Assembly: GCA_965209035.1 (NCBI GenBank) | Contig: OZ242372.1 | Span: 192,001 to 256,000 of the forward strand | Direction of reading: 5' to 3' | Source: Gammaproteobacteria bacterium | Lineage (GTDB): Bacteria; Pseudomonadota; Gammaproteobacteria; CBDBNL01; JAAOII01 | Length of the DNA: 64,000 nucleotides | Part shown: piece after piece, positions 32,394 through 43,736 of the stretch | Layout: each line of letters starts with the position of its first letter | Position numbering within the stretch: position 1 is the first letter of the stretch | Translations under genes and position numbers: made by a program | The notes under the pieces: model-generated | Seen by the model: only the letters and a program-made list of their open reading frames with translations | Told to the model about the DNA's origin: nothing | Database searches by the model: none

Positions 32394-33797
32394 TTACAAC
32401 GACACACTTTGGCCGACACCGAATGTTTTCCGGCCCCGCGTCCCCTTATAAATTACTTCCTTGGACTCCCGCGGCGGTAAATCGGTAAAAAGTAGCAAGA
32501 GGTCATTCAGCATCCGCTCTCCTCTCCCGGTCGGTGTCAAATAATTTTCGGACAGTGCAACAAGCCCCAATTCGCTCGCTTCTTTAATTGCGTCCGTTAA
32601 ATGAGCAACTGGCAGGCCGGTTCGTTCCACAAATAACCCAAGAGGAAATCCGTTAACCAGACGGAATGCGTTTAGCATGAACTCGTAAATCTTGTCTTCG
32701 GTCTTTAAGAAATTGTATCCTCCCCAAAAAGGATTCGCCGGCAGATCCGAACAGAGCCCCCGCAATGTGCGGGCATCGGCAAATATCTCCGTTACCTTGC
32801 GATCGGGACGACCGGTTCTCCCGGGCTGCTTGCCATCATCTGTCATACCTGCCGCCCCGATGTAAGCCGCAGGACCGCGTTTACGCCGAATACGCAGCAC
32901 CCGCCCATCCGGTAAGGTTAGCTTGCTGTGTGCCCCCGCCCCCAATCCGAGGTAATCGCCAAACCGCCAATAATTAAGATTATGGCGACATTGGCTATCC
33001 GCAGAACGCGCATCCGTTTGGCGCGCAAAGGCGGAAACCTCATAACGACGAAATCCGTATTCCAGCAGGATCTCCCAACCCATACTTTCCGTTTCCGCAA
33101 GAATATCCGGGTTCGGTAAGCCCGAAGGCGGTCTGGCATAAAAAAGGGTTCCCGGTTCAAGTGTCAACTGATACCGGGACAGATGCTCTGTCCCGAGTTG
33201 GGCGGCCGTCCGCAGATCCTGTTCGGCCTGTGCGGCTGTCTGCCCCGGTAATCCGAACATCAAGTCCAGGTTGATCCGCTTAAACCCGGCCGCATCGGCA
33301 TGTTCCGCCGCCGAAAAAATATCCCGGACAGTGTGTAAGCGTCCCAATGCACTTAGATTGTGCTGATTGAAGGACTGGGCTCCTATGGAAAGGCGGTTAA
33401 TACCGCAAGCAAAATAGTCGCGAAATCGTTTTGCTTCGGCACTTCCAGGATTACTCTCCAAGGTAACTTCGGTGTCCGCGGATAACCGCCAAATACCGGC
33501 AAGTTGCTCCATAAGAACCGCATAAAATTTTCCCGATAGCAAACTTGGTGTGCCACCGCCTATAAACACACTGTGCAGCGGGCGTTCCGCCAAATAGGGG
33601 TGAGAACGGATGCTGTTTTGCAGGTCGGTTAGCAGTGCCTGTTGATACTGTTCTTCTTTGACTTCATCCGCATGGGAATTAAAGTCGCAATAGGGACATT
33701 TACTTTCGCACCAAGGAATATGAATGTAAAGACTAAGCGGAATAGGAGGCATATCCGGCGGCACTTGACCGGCGTGCCCGATCTTTTGAATATTCAT
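32394..33797 (-). CDS. hemW: Radical SAM heme chaperone HemW
   Basis: SLYIHIPWCESKCPYCDFNS, GGGTPS, HNLNYWRFGDYLGLGAGAH; carries a lineage-specific insertion. Confidence 0.9.
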   Translation of the reverse strand: MNIQKIGHAGQVPPDMPPIPLSLYIHIPWCESKCPYCDFNSHADEVKEEQYQQALLTDLQNSIRSHPYLAERPLHSVFIGGGTPSLLSGKFYAVLMEQLAGIWRLSADTEVTLESNPGSAEAKRFRDYFACGINRLSIGAQSFNQHNLSALGRLHTVRDIFSAAEHADAAGFKRINLDLMFGLPGQTAAQAEQDLRTAAQLGTEHLSRYQLTLEPGTLFYARPPSGLPNPDILAETESMGWEILLEYGFRRYEVSAFARQTDARSADSQCRHNLNYWRFGDYLGLGAGAHSKLTLPDGRVLRIRRKRGPAAYIGAAGMTDDGKQPGRTGRPDRKVTEIFADARTLRGLCSDLPANPFWGGYNFLKTEDKIYEFMLNAFRLVNGFPLGLFVERTGLPVAHLTDAIKEASELGLVALSENYLTPTGRGERMLNDLLLLFTDLPPRESKEVIYKGTRGRKTFGVGQSVSL

Positions 33798-33805
33798 CCG
33801 CTAAC

Positions 33806-34168
33806 CTAAACGGAAAAAGAGGAGCCGCAACCGCAGGTTGACTTGGCATTCGGATTCTTCACCACAAAGCGTGCTCCTTCCAACCCTTCCGTATAAACCA
33901 CCTCGGCGCCTTGCAGGTATTGAATACTCATCGCATCCACCAACAAAGCCACCCCGTCTTTTTTTATTTCAACATCGTCTTCCTGACGATTTTCGTCAAA
34001 CATAAATCCGTATTGGAAACCGGAACAGCCACCGCCTGTTACAAAAAGGCGTAAAAAAATATTGGGCTTGTTTTCCATCTTAATCAGTGCTTTTGCCTTA
34101 CGCACAGCACTTTCTCCAAAAATCAACGGCACATCCGCCGTCTCCGCGGCGGGATCAAAACTATCCAC
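33806..34168 (-). CDS. erpA: Iron-sulfur cluster insertion protein ErpA
   Basis: [27 protein letters not shown]. Confidence 0.92.
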   Translation of the reverse strand: MDSFDPAAETADVPLIFGESAVRKAKALIKMENKPNIFLRLFVTGGGCSGFQYGFMFDENRQEDDVEIKKDGVALLVDAMSIQYLQGAEVVYTEGLEGARFVVKNPNAKSTCGCGSSFSV

Positions 34169-34173
34169 CGACT

Positions 34174-34365
34174 TTATTTTTTGCCGGCCGTCTTTTCACA
34201 TGAATCCGGATGACTGCCACAAATCTCACATTCGCTCTCACCTGCAACACCGCCGCAAGAACCACGAAGCGGCTTCCGCCCTTTCAAAACACCCAGGGAC
34301 ATCAGAAGAACGACCGTCAGACTAACTGCCAGGGTCAAAATAAGAGTTACGAAAAAACTCAGCAT
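34174..34365 (-). CDS. nqrM: Na+-NQR maturation protein NqrM
   Basis: TM helix followed by [18 protein letters not shown]...CEICG...C. Confidence 0.8.
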   Translation of the reverse strand: MLSFFVTLILTLAVSLTVVLLMSLGVLKGRKPLRGSCGGVAGESECEICGSHPDSCEKTAGKK

Positions 34366-34425
34366 TTGGCTTGGATTGGGTTGGGTTGGATTAAAAGAAA
34401 ACTCTTTGCCGGAAGCGGATGTCCT

Positions 34426-35598
34426 TCAGGCTGCGTGCATCAATGCGTCTTTTTTGTCCGGTCTTTCCCAACTAAAATCGCAATCGTCACGGCCGAAATG
34501 TCCGTATGTTGCGGTGGGTCTGTAAATGGGATTGTTCAATTGCAGCATTTCTATGATACCGTCCGGTGTCAAGTTAAAATGCTCTTTTATTAATGCTTCC
34601 ATTGTTTGTTCGTCAATTTTATTCGTACCAAAGGTATTCACTGCAATAGAAACCGGTTTTATTTTCCCTATGGCATAGGATAACTGTACTTCGCAACGAT
34701 CCGCCAGCCCGGCCGCCACAAGATTCTTGGCAACATAACGGGCGGCATAGGCCGCCGAACGGTCCACCTTGCTCGGGTCCTTACCGGAAAATGCGCCGCC
34801 GCCATGCCGTGCCATGCCACCGTAAGTATCCACAATAATCTTCCGGCCGGTCAGCCCGCAATCAGCATGAGGTCCCCCCTTCACAAACTTTCCGCTCGGA
34901 TTAATATGATATTTTGTGTTTTTATGAAGAAATCTATCGGGGATGACATTGGCAATGATCTCTGCACGCACTGCTTCTTCAACATCTGTTTTCCGCCCCT
35001 CGTCGTGTTGGGTTGAAAGCACAATCGCATCCACCGCAACCGGCTTGCCGTCTTCATAGCGCACTGTGACTTGACTTTTGGCATCGGGCCCCAACCAATT
35101 TAACTCTCCGCACCGCACCTCCGCCTGTCTTTTAACCAAGCGATGGGCAAAAGCAATCGGCAGTGGCATGAAAATGGAAGGCAACAGATCTTCGTCTTCG
35201 CCTTCGCTTTCATTGGTCGCATAGCCAAACATCATCCCCTGATCGCCGGCACCCGTGCCTTTTTCCCGATCCCCGTCCACCGCATCGGATAGTTCGGATG
35301 ACTGTTCGCCCAGTGCATTGATCACACCGCAGGCATCACCGTCCATTCCATACTTTCGGTCCGTATAGCCGGCTTCTTTGATCACTCGTCTGGCAATTTC
35401 CTCCACATTGACATAACAGTCCGTTTTGATTTCACCGGCAATCACCACCAGACCGGTCTTAACCAGAGTTTCGCAGGCAACGCGCGAACGCGGGCACTGC
35501 GCGATAATTGCATCCAAAATGGCATCCGAAATTTGGTCCGCCAACTTATCCGGATGTCCTTTGGATACGGACTCCGATGTAAATGTTTTATATTCCAT
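34426..35598 (-). CDS. metK: S-adenosylmethionine synthetase
   Basis: [28 protein letters not shown]. Confidence 0.97.
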   Translation of the reverse strand: MEYKTFTSESVSKGHPDKLADQISDAILDAIIAQCPRSRVACETLVKTGLVVIAGEIKTDCYVNVEEIARRVIKEAGYTDRKYGMDGDACGVINALGEQSSELSDAVDGDREKGTGAGDQGMMFGYATNESEGEDEDLLPSIFMPLPIAFAHRLVKRQAEVRCGELNWLGPDAKSQVTVRYEDGKPVAVDAIVLSTQHDEGRKTDVEEAVRAEIIANVIPDRFLHKNTKYHINPSGKFVKGGPHADCGLTGRKIIVDTYGGMARHGGGAFSGKDPSKVDRSAAYAARYVAKNLVAAGLADRCEVQLSYAIGKIKPVSIAVNTFGTNKIDEQTMEALIKEHFNLTPDGIIEMLQLNNPIYRPTATYGHFGRDDCDFSWERPDKKDALMHAA

Positions 35599-35625
35599 AA
35601 TACATGTGCATGCGCATTGCAAAAG

Positions 35626-36663
35626 TTATTTGTAAAAATGTGTCATTTGTTCCATACTCTTGACACGAATCTTTTCGGCCCAGCCGGCCGCACCAAAGGA
35701 TTCCAAACGCTGTCGGACAATCTCTTGCATCGTGTCTATGGTCTGTGCCAAGTATTTGCGCGGATCAAACTCACTTCTGTTCTTTGTCAGGTAACGCCGC
35801 AAGGTGCCGGTGACCGCCAAACGCAAGTCGGTGTCTATGTTCACTTTTCGCACCCCGTTTTTTATCCCTTCTTGAATTTCTTCCACCGGAACCCCGTATG
35901 TTTCGCGGATTTCGCCGCCGTTTTCGTTAATGATTTGCAACCACTCCTGCGGCACGGAAGAAGAACCATGCATCACCAGATGGGTATCGGGCAAGCGTTT
36001 GTGAATCTCGCGAATGCGCTCAATGGACAACACATCGCCGCTTGGCGGACGCGTAAACTTGTATGCCCCGTGACTGGTGCCTATGGCAATCGCCAGAGCA
36101 TCCACCTTGGTCTTGGCAACAAAGTCGGCGGCCTCTTCGGGGTCGGTCAACAGTTGTTCACGACTCAAAACACCTTCGGCTCCGTGCCCGTCTTCTTTGT
36201 CACTGGTGCCGGTCTCCAAGGAACCCAAGCATCCCAGTTCTCCTTCCACGGAAACGCCGCAAGCATGTGCCATTTCCGTAACCCTGCGAGTCACGCGCAC
36301 ATTGTAGTCGTAATCGGCCGGTGTCTTGGCATCTTCCAGCAGGGATCCATCCATCATCACAGAAGTGAACCCCAACTGAATGGAGCGTTGGCATGCAGCC
36401 GGCGACGCGCCGTGATCCTGATGCATACAAAGAGGAATATTGGGAAACTCCTCGGCAGCCGCCAAAATCAAATGACGCAAAAACGGCGCACCCGCATACT
36501 TACGCGCGCCCGCCGAAGCCTGAACAATCACCGGGGCGGAAACCTCGTTTGCTCCCTCCATAATTGCTCGCATTTGTTCCATGTTATTTACATTAAATGC
36601 CGGAACGCCGTAATCGTGTTCCGCAGCATGGTCCAAAAGTTGTCTAAGTGTAATAAGTGCCAT
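35626..36663 (-). CDS. fba: Fructose-bisphosphate aldolase class II
   Basis: [33 protein letters not shown]. Confidence 0.95.
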   Translation of the reverse strand: MALITLRQLLDHAAEHDYGVPAFNVNNMEQMRAIMEGANEVSAPVIVQASAGARKYAGAPFLRHLILAAAEEFPNIPLCMHQDHGASPAACQRSIQLGFTSVMMDGSLLEDAKTPADYDYNVRVTRRVTEMAHACGVSVEGELGCLGSLETGTSDKEDGHGAEGVLSREQLLTDPEEAADFVAKTKVDALAIAIGTSHGAYKFTRPPSGDVLSIERIREIHKRLPDTHLVMHGSSSVPQEWLQIINENGGEIRETYGVPVEEIQEGIKNGVRKVNIDTDLRLAVTGTLRRYLTKNRSEFDPRKYLAQTIDTMQEIVRQRLESFGAAGWAEKIRVKSMEQMTHFYK

Positions 36664-36779
36664 ATCCGTATTTTATCAAAAAAAATAATTGTTTTTGATA
36701 TTGCCGGCAAATAATAAAGTGTCGGGCATAAAAACTCTTGAATCAATCATCGGGCACATCTGAACAACCCGAACAACCC

Positions 36780-38097
36780 TTACCCGGTCTCCCGATAGGT
36801 GACTTCTCCTCGTTTCATTGTCAAGAGGACGCGCCCCTTAAGCGTTTCGTTTCTTTGCGGGGTGTTGGCGGCAATCTTATCTCGGCCGGCTGAATTCCCC
36901 GGTGTCCCCGGTATCCACAGCGATTCGGCATCAAACACCGCGATGTTCGCCGGCTCCCCCTCTTGCAGTAGCCCGCCTTTGATCCCCAAGATTTCAGCCG
37001 GCCGCCCCGCCAACAGACGCGGTAAATCTTGCAATCGCAATCGCTGTTGACGAACTTGTTCCAGTAAGAGAGGAAGAACCACGGAGAACTTGTTCCAGTA
37101 AGAGAGGAAGAACCACGGAGCGCGTGGCAAGCCCGGCACGCGCATTTTGTAACGGCATTTGCAGATCATCTTCCACCCGGGTATAGTGCATGCTGCCGAT
37201 GGCATCGGTTCCGGACAGAGCATTCCAAAGTTGAACGCGCATCTCTTCGCTGCGCAGGGGTGGCTCCGTATAGTAGGTGTTGTCGTAATCGTAGAGTTTT
37301 TCTTCGCAGAAACACAGATGCGCCAACGAAACATCCCGACTCACCGGCGCGTCGGCGAGTAATTTCAAACTTTCCGCACAACTCAGCCCGCCAAAATGAG
37401 TGCGCACACCGGCCGCCCGAACAAGCATTAAATGGCGTTGCACCGCCAAAGTTTCTGCCAGCGGCGATGCGGCCGGCAAACCGGTCCGCCAGGCAGCCGC
37501 ACCGGTAGTTACAAAACCATATCCCAGATAGCGATCCACCGGCCAAACGATCAAGAGACCTCCCACCGACTGCAGGTATTCGTAACAGTTTAGAATAATG
37601 CGGTTATTATCCGGATGATTTCTGCCTTGGCTAAAAGCGACGGCACCGGCAAGATGCAGTTTGTTTAGTTTGTTCATTAATACCTTACCATCGGTTTCAC
37701 CCAGCAAGGATGCCACAGGCAATAACTCGGTTTGTTCGCTCTGCTGACGCAACCAAAGAACATGCTCCGACTTGTCAAGGGGAAGATCCTTGTGCGGAAA
37801 ACAAAGAAGATGGGTATAGCCGCCGAGTGCCGCTTCGGCCTGTTCGGCCATGAGTTGTTGCTTGTCACTGCCGACCCAACCGAACATATCAATAAACGAA
37901 GGAGCAATATAACGCTCGCCGTAATTCAAAACTTCGGCACTCTTGTCCGGACAGGGTTCATTGGGTCCCAACACCTTGTTAATCACTCCGTTCAAAATAT
38001 ACAAGCCACCCGGTTCTCCGCCACACCGGTCGGCATCCAACAAAAGTCCGAACAAACAGAAGGCATTTCCTGTTTTTTTTGCTGCCGTCATCCCCAT
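36780..38097 (-). pseudogene. Dihydroorotase-like ATCase structural subunit (PyrC'/PyrX), frameshifted by a 34-bp duplication
   Basis: Follows pyrB. Amidohydrolase fold, but IDMFGW replaces the ID.HxH metal ligands. Split into ORFs 36994..38097 and 36780..37334; removing one 34-bp copy gives a 1284-bp, 427-aa frame. Confidence 0.8.
37052..37120. repeat. Perfect 34-bp tandem duplication
   Basis: aacttgttccagtaagagaggaagaaccacggag occurs twice. Confidence 0.95.
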
Positions 38098-39038
38098 ACC
38101 TGTTTGCGATACTTGGTGTGCAACAAAGATAAAAATATGGCCATTCTGGCATAAATACCGTATTCCACCTGTTTAAGAATCAAAGAGCGGCTGCTGTCCG
38201 CCACGCGCGAACTAATTTCCATACCCCGATTGAACGGGCCCGGGTGCATAATCAGGACCTTGTCATTTGCCAGGCGCAATCGCTCCTCGGACAGACCGTA
38301 AAGAGTATAAAATTCGCGCCCCGGCGGCAAGCAAATACTCCGCATGCGTTCTTGCTGCAAGCGTAGCATCATGATGACATCCGCATCCTTAAGGCTTTCT
38401 TTCATATCGCGAAAAACGCGCAGTCCCTCCGCTTCCAAGTAATCCGGCACAAGTGTCCGGGGACCCACCAACAACAGTTCGCCGAAGCCCAATTTGCGTA
38501 AAGCAAAAATAAACGAACGTGCCACACGGGAATGCAGCACATCGCCGACTATCACCGTCTTAAGTTTCCTTGTGTCGCCGCGATGTAACCGAACAGTTAA
38601 CAGGTCCAGCAAGGCTTGACTCGGATGTTCGTGATAACCGTCGCCGGCATTCACCAGAGGGATATGAATTCGGCGCATGAGTTGGCGAACAACACCCGCA
38701 GCGGGATGACGCACCACAAACAAATCCGTGCACATGGACTGCAGGGTGAGAAAAGTATCCAACAAAATTTCGCCTTTTTCTTCGGATGAACCGCTCGGGG
38801 TAAAATCCAAAACATCCGCGCCCAGGTTCCGGGCGGCGATACTGAAACTCGCGCGCGTCCGGGTGCTCGGCTCATAAAACAAATTAACGATCGTGCGCCC
38901 GAGTAACAGATCCTTGTAAGCAGTTAAGGATTTTTTTTGTTTAACCAGCGTCTCGGCAAGATCTAACAGGGCATTGAGCTGTTTTGCCGAAATATCCGCA
39001 ATACCCGCAAAATGATGCGATCGTGCTCCTTTTGGCAT
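38088..39038 (-). CDS. pyrB: Aspartate carbamoyltransferase catalytic subunit
   Basis: FYEPSTRTRASF, NAGDGYHEHPSQALLD, HPGPFNRG. Confidence 0.95.
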   Translation of the reverse strand: MPKGARSHHFAGIADISAKQLNALLDLAETLVKQKKSLTAYKDLLLGRTIVNLFYEPSTRTRASFSIAARNLGADVLDFTPSGSSEEKGEILLDTFLTLQSMCTDLFVVRHPAAGVVRQLMRRIHIPLVNAGDGYHEHPSQALLDLLTVRLHRGDTRKLKTVIVGDVLHSRVARSFIFALRKLGFGELLLVGPRTLVPDYLEAEGLRVFRDMKESLKDADVIMMLRLQQERMRSICLPPGREFYTLYGLSEERLRLANDKVLIMHPGPFNRGMEISSRVADSSRSLILKQVEYGIYARMAIFLSLLHTKYRKQVWG

Positions 39039-39049
39039 CTCGGTATTTA

Positions 39050-39526
39050 TCAGTGCTTCGCCGATACTTCCTCGTCCCGGGGAAACGCAGTTTGCAGCCA
39101 GGCACAGAGAAGTGCCTGAGCAACCCGACTATCCGCGGCGGCCTGATCGGCAGCCGCCCGAACACGGGGTTCTCCCGGCAGTCTCGCTTCCGAACAAGTA
39201 TCTTCCAAACTGCGACTGCTCAGCCTCTCGTCAACAAAATAACAGGACCGGGAGTAATGACGGTTAAGATACCCGGCAAAAGAGCGCACCCGTTTTGCAA
39301 TATTGATGCAATGATCTCCGTCGGGTAAGGCCGGCATCCCCAACACAAACCCCGTCGGCTGCCATTCGGCGATCAAACTATCCAATTGTGTTTTGTCCGC
39401 TTTGTTATTCTTCATCCCAAGCGGTGCGAGTGGCATGGCGGTGCCGGTTACAGACTGACCTACCGCAACTCCCGTGCGCACAGTCCCGTAATCAAAAGCC
39501 AGGAAAACAGGATGCGCATCCTTCAT
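39050..39526 (-). CDS. ruvX: RuvX/YqgF nuclease
   Basis: LAFDYGTVRTGVAVG, VLGMP, VDERLSS; lies upstream of pyrB. Confidence 0.88.
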   Translation of the reverse strand: MKDAHPVFLAFDYGTVRTGVAVGQSVTGTAMPLAPLGMKNNKADKTQLDSLIAEWQPTGFVLGMPALPDGDHCINIAKRVRSFAGYLNRHYSRSCYFVDERLSSRSLEDTCSEARLPGEPRVRAAADQAAADSRVAQALLCAWLQTAFPRDEEVSAKH

Positions 39527-39572
39527 TTTTTTTGGCAGAATTCTTGGTGATAAAACGGTAATTTTCCGGGAC

Positions 39573-40379
39573 TCATATGTCCCCGTCCGTATCGGGTGTT
39601 CTTGCCCCGGTCTTTTCCAAAGGTGCCGAGCTCCTACTCCTGTCGGTAAAGCGTGAGTCAAACAGTTGTTGTGCCCATACCGCATGCTCGTCCAGTTCCA
39701 AACTCCGATAGGCATCCGTCAACAATTCCAACGCATCCGCAACAGCCGGTGCCCGCGGATAATTGCGAATAACATAAAGACCATGGTTCACCGCCGCAAC
39801 ATAGGCTTTGCGAGAGTAATAAAATCGCGCCGTTTTCAGATCATCCGCCGCCAAAGCATTGCGGATATGACGCATATGTGCCCGGGCTTCCGCCGTCCAT
39901 TCGCTGTTCGGATATTCACTCGTGAGACGCTTGAAACCCAGAAATGCTTCTTTAAAGTTTTGCATATCCCGTTCATTAAACCGATCAAGCAAAGTGGTGC
40001 CGTCGGCATATTGTGAACGAGCAAGCATATAGTATGCAAATTCTCTCTGATCGGCGGCCGGATAAAAAGCGATGAAATCTTTTGCACTATCCGCCGCATC
40101 GCCATATTCGCCAAGACCGTAATGGGCACTGACAATTTGTAACTTGGCGGGTTGCACATAGTTGCTGAGCGGATACAAAAATTCTATCTGTTGAAACTCG
40201 GTAACCGCGGATTCGTAGTTTGCGGCTTGCATTTGTCGCAGGCCGCGTTCATAATATTCTTCCGCACTGAACACCTGTTCTTGTTGGCTCGCACAAGATA
40301 CCATTAATGGAAATATTAATAGGAAGCTTAATGGAAAAACTAAAATGTAAAAAAAACTTTGGGCTCGCAACATAATCAT
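39573..40379 (-). CDS. bamD: Outer-membrane assembly lipoprotein BamD
   Basis: Lipobox-like MVSC, TPR repeats, YPNS, ARFYYSRKAYVAAVN. Confidence 0.88.
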   Translation of the reverse strand: MIMLRAQSFFYILVFPLSFLLIFPLMVSCASQQEQVFSAEEYYERGLRQMQAANYESAVTEFQQIEFLYPLSNYVQPAKLQIVSAHYGLGEYGDAADSAKDFIAFYPAADQREFAYYMLARSQYADGTTLLDRFNERDMQNFKEAFLGFKRLTSEYPNSEWTAEARAHMRHIRNALAADDLKTARFYYSRKAYVAAVNHGLYVIRNYPRAPAVADALELLTDAYRSLELDEHAVWAQQLFDSRFTDRSRSSAPLEKTGARTPDTDGDI

Positions 40380-40417
40380 TCTATTTTAATCCAAAACTTC
40401 AACCGGATGCCGGGCAC

Positions 40418-41161
40418 TTACCGGGCACTGTCGTCGGTTTTCATCAAACTCGTGATTTCTATGCGCAGCAGATCCTTTTTGTTGCGGTTTTCCATGGCCG
40501 CTATGTAATATCCGCTTTTTGCCACCCACATTTTTAGCGAGCGGTCGTGCCGTTTTTCTTTCTTGCGGATCACATAGCAATCTATTTCACCAAGCGGCAG
40601 GCTCACGGTTTCTTCGCCGATCAGTGTAAAATTGTAGATTTTTTGATCATCCGCATGATAAAAAGACCATTCCCCGATATTTCCCTTTGTATATTCAATA
40701 TCGCGCAGCATGCGTAACACCACAGTCATCGCATCGTAATAAACTCCCGTATCCGGCGGCGCCATCTTTATTTTTTTCCTAACCGGAATGCCCAAATAGG
40801 TCGTTCGCTTTTTTCTGTATCGGGGAATCGCCACAAGTTCTTCATCCGGTGAAAATACAACCCATTCGCGCGAACGAATGAGTGTGTTCTTACTTTTAAA
40901 TCCCAAAGTAAACGCGGATTCTTCGCCGTTGAGGACCAATCGGTAATAACCGGTTCCTCTGTAAACCTTTTTCTTATGTTGATAGGTGATATCATATTCC
41001 CAATAAAACGGCTCGGGTATTTCCGCCCGAATAACAGCGGAGCAAAGCAAAATAAGTCCCGTAAAAAGAACCAAACTGGCCTGCTTACGACTGATAAAAG
41101 TTTGAATTAACTTCAAGAATTGAAGTACCTCCAAGCATGCATCTGTGAAAACTTTAAACAA
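40418..41161 (-). CDS. Exported hypothetical protein (DUF3108-like)
   Basis: Signal-like N-terminus; YDAMT...GEETVSLPLGEIDC...KMWVA pattern. Confidence 0.5.
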   Translation of the reverse strand: MFKVFTDACLEVLQFLKLIQTFISRKQASLVLFTGLILLCSAVIRAEIPEPFYWEYDITYQHKKKVYRGTGYYRLVLNGEESAFTLGFKSKNTLIRSREWVVFSPDEELVAIPRYRKKRTTYLGIPVRKKIKMAPPDTGVYYDAMTVVLRMLRDIEYTKGNIGEWSFYHADDQKIYNFTLIGEETVSLPLGEIDCYVIRKKEKRHDRSLKMWVAKSGYYIAAMENRNKKDLLRIEITSLMKTDDSAR

Positions 41162-41185
41162 CGATACAACGGCGACCTGCCCCGG

Positions 41186-42406
41186 CTAGCCGCCAAAATC
41201 ATCAAAAGCAATATTTTCCGGTTCCACTCCCAGATCCGCCAGCATTGCTTTTACCGCGTCGATCATTAAGGGTGGGCCGCAAAGATAGTATTCTATATCT
41301 TCGGGCGCCGGATGATCTTTTAAGTAGTTTTGATAAACAACTTGGTGAATAAACCCCCGATACCCTTTCCAATGGTCTTCCGGCAAGGGGTCTGACATTG
41401 CAACATTCCAAGAAAAATTGGAATGTTTTTTCTCCAGTTCTTCAAACTCGCCTTGGTAAAACAGTTCGCGCAGACTACGCGCCCCATACCAATAACTAAT
41501 TTTGCGGTTGGAATGGCATCGCTTAAGCAGATCAAAAACATGCGAACGCAAGGGTGCCATACCGGCTCCCCCTCCTATATACACCATTTCCCGTTGCGTC
41601 TCCTTGACAAAGAAATCACCAAAAGGACCGAATACCGTCAGTTTGTCGCCGGGCTTTAAATTAAATGTATAAGAAGAAACCTGACCCGGCGGAAAGGAAC
41701 TGTTGGGCGGAGGGGTTGCTATGCGGATATTGAACTTAAGAATACCCTTTTCCTCCGGGTAGTTTGCCATAGAATAAGCACGCACGACGGTTGCATTCGT
41801 TTGCGATTTTATATCCCAAAATGAGAATCTGTCCCAATCGGCGCGAAATTTGTCTTCGACATCAAAAGTTCGGAAAGATAAACTGTGCGGCGGGATCTCC
41901 ATCTGAATAAACCCGCCCGCTTGAAAATCCACATCCTCGCCCGCCGGAAGTTTGAGCGCCAATTCTTTAATAAAGGTTGCAACATTTCGGTTGGAAATGA
42001 CCTCACACTCCCATTTTTTCACCCCAAATACTTCCGCAGGCACCAGTATTTTCATATCCCGTTTGACCGGTGTCTGGCAAGACAAACGCCATCCTTGTTT
42101 AATCTCCGCAAGCGTAAAATGCCCTTCTTCTATGGGCAAGATGGACCCGCCGCCTTCGTTAACGATGCATTTGCATTGCGCACAGGTACCACCGCCGCCG
42201 CAAGCCGAGGATAAAAAGATGTTTGCCTCTGCCAATGTAGAGAGTAACTTCCCGCCTGTTTGTGTGATCAGGGAATGGTCGGGATTGTCGTTGATTTCTA
42301 TGGAAATCTCTCCCAGACTGACCAGCATTCGCCGTGCGATCAATATTACAAACACCAGGGCAAGAACGATGCCGGTAAAAAAACCTACGCCGAGATAGAT
42401 CTCCAC
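41186..42406 (-). CDS. nqrF: Na+-NQR subunit F
   Basis: [29 protein letters not shown], terminal DDFGG. Confidence 0.96.
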   Translation of the reverse strand: MEIYLGVGFFTGIVLALVFVILIARRMLVSLGEISIEINDNPDHSLITQTGGKLLSTLAEANIFLSSACGGGGTCAQCKCIVNEGGGSILPIEEGHFTLAEIKQGWRLSCQTPVKRDMKILVPAEVFGVKKWECEVISNRNVATFIKELALKLPAGEDVDFQAGGFIQMEIPPHSLSFRTFDVEDKFRADWDRFSFWDIKSQTNATVVRAYSMANYPEEKGILKFNIRIATPPPNSSFPPGQVSSYTFNLKPGDKLTVFGPFGDFFVKETQREMVYIGGGAGMAPLRSHVFDLLKRCHSNRKISYWYGARSLRELFYQGEFEELEKKHSNFSWNVAMSDPLPEDHWKGYRGFIHQVVYQNYLKDHPAPEDIEYYLCGPPLMIDAVKAMLADLGVEPENIAFDDFGG

Positions 42407-42438
42407 TCTCTGAAAATAAAGGGTTGTTGTTGCTTCTT

Positions 42439-43050
42439 TTAAAGTTGGATACCGGCAAAAGCCATAAATCCCAGAGACATCAAACCGACAATCATAAATG
42501 TGATGCCCAAACCTTGCAGGCCTGCGGGAACATCACTGTACTTTAATTTTTCGCGAATCGCCGCAAGAGCCATAATTGCGAGAGCCCAGCCGCCGCCCGA
42601 ACCCACTCCGTAAACTACACTTTCACCAAAAGAGTAGTCCCGTTCCACCATAAAAAGAGTCCCGCCTAAGATGGCACAGTTAACGGTAATCAGCGGCAAG
42701 TAAATTCCGAGAGCGTTATAAAGAGCCGGCACATACTTATCCAAAAACATCTCCATAATTTGAACAATGGCAGCAATCACACCGATGTAACTCAAGTAAC
42801 CCAAAAAACTGAGATTCACTTCCGGCAGCCCCAACCAAGCAAGAGCGCCGTCTCGCAGCAAATAATTGTAAATCAGGTTATTCACCGGCACAGTAACTGT
42901 TTGCACCACCACCACCGCAATCCCAAGTCCTATGGCGGCGGGAATTTTTTTGGAAATGGCAATAAAAGTGCACATCCCAAGAAAAAATGCCAATGCCATG
43001 TTCTCCACGAACATGGAGCGCAGCAGTAAACTCAGATAAGCTTCAAACAT
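42439..43050 (-). CDS. nqrE: Na+-NQR subunit E
   Basis: [26 protein letters not shown]; ATG at 43050. Confidence 0.95.
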   Translation of the reverse strand: MFEAYLSLLLRSMFVENMALAFFLGMCTFIAISKKIPAAIGLGIAVVVVQTVTVPVNNLIYNYLLRDGALAWLGLPEVNLSFLGYLSYIGVIAAIVQIMEMFLDKYVPALYNALGIYLPLITVNCAILGGTLFMVERDYSFGESVVYGVGSGGGWALAIMALAAIREKLKYSDVPAGLQGLGITFMIVGLMSLGFMAFAGIQL

Positions 43051-43714
43051 TCCCGCCGACTTCCCGATGTCCGGTCTGCGGCAGCATCTCAAACTCGTCC
43101 TGTTCCGCTTGATCCGTTTTGAAAATGCGCAGCAACCAGATGAAACCGCCGATAATAAAAAAGGCACTGGGTGGCAACAGCATCAGACCGTTTGGAACAT
43201 ACCAACCGCCTTCGCGACTGAGCGCCAGTAATTGCATATCAAGCAAAGAGCCACTGCCCAAAAGTTCGCGCACAATTGCAACCGCTATAAGAAGAACGCT
43301 ATATCCAAGCCCGTTACCCACACCGTCTAAAAAACTCAAACCGGGCGGGTTTTGCATGGCAAACCCCTCGGCGCGCCCCATCACAATGCAGTTTGTAATG
43401 ATGAGACCGACAAAAACCGAAAGTTGCTTGCTAATTTCATAGGCATATGCTTTGAGAATTTGATCCACCACAATGACCAAAGACGCAATGATCGTCATTT
43501 GGATGATGATGCGAATACTGGAAGGGATCTGTTTGCGAATGACGGAAACGAAAAAATTTGACAGGGCTGTTACAAAAATCACGGCGATACACATCACCAG
43601 CGTAACGCGCAAACTGCCGGTAACTGCCAATGCCGAGCATATACCCAGAACTTGCAGCCCGATCGGATTATTATTGAATACCGGGTCAAAAAGAATATCT
43701 CTTGGTTTTGTCAT
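43043..43714 (-). CDS. nqrD: Na+-NQR subunit D
   Basis: [32 protein letters not shown]; ATG at 43714. Confidence 0.95.
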   Translation of the reverse strand: MTKPRDILFDPVFNNNPIGLQVLGICSALAVTGSLRVTLVMCIAVIFVTALSNFFVSVIRKQIPSSIRIIIQMTIIASLVIVVDQILKAYAYEISKQLSVFVGLIITNCIVMGRAEGFAMQNPPGLSFLDGVGNGLGYSVLLIAVAIVRELLGSGSLLDMQLLALSREGGWYVPNGLMLLPPSAFFIIGGFIWLLRIFKTDQAEQDEFEMLPQTGHREVGGNV

Positions 43715-43736
43715 GATTGTTTGTATTTTTTCGCGG

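Noticed and set aside
35533-36714. 393-aa plus-strand ORF
   Set aside because: It is antisense to the clearly conserved fba gene.
36780-37334. Separate 184-aa gene downstream of pyrC'
   Set aside because: Its 3' part is the out-of-frame C-terminus of pyrC', created by the 34-bp duplication.
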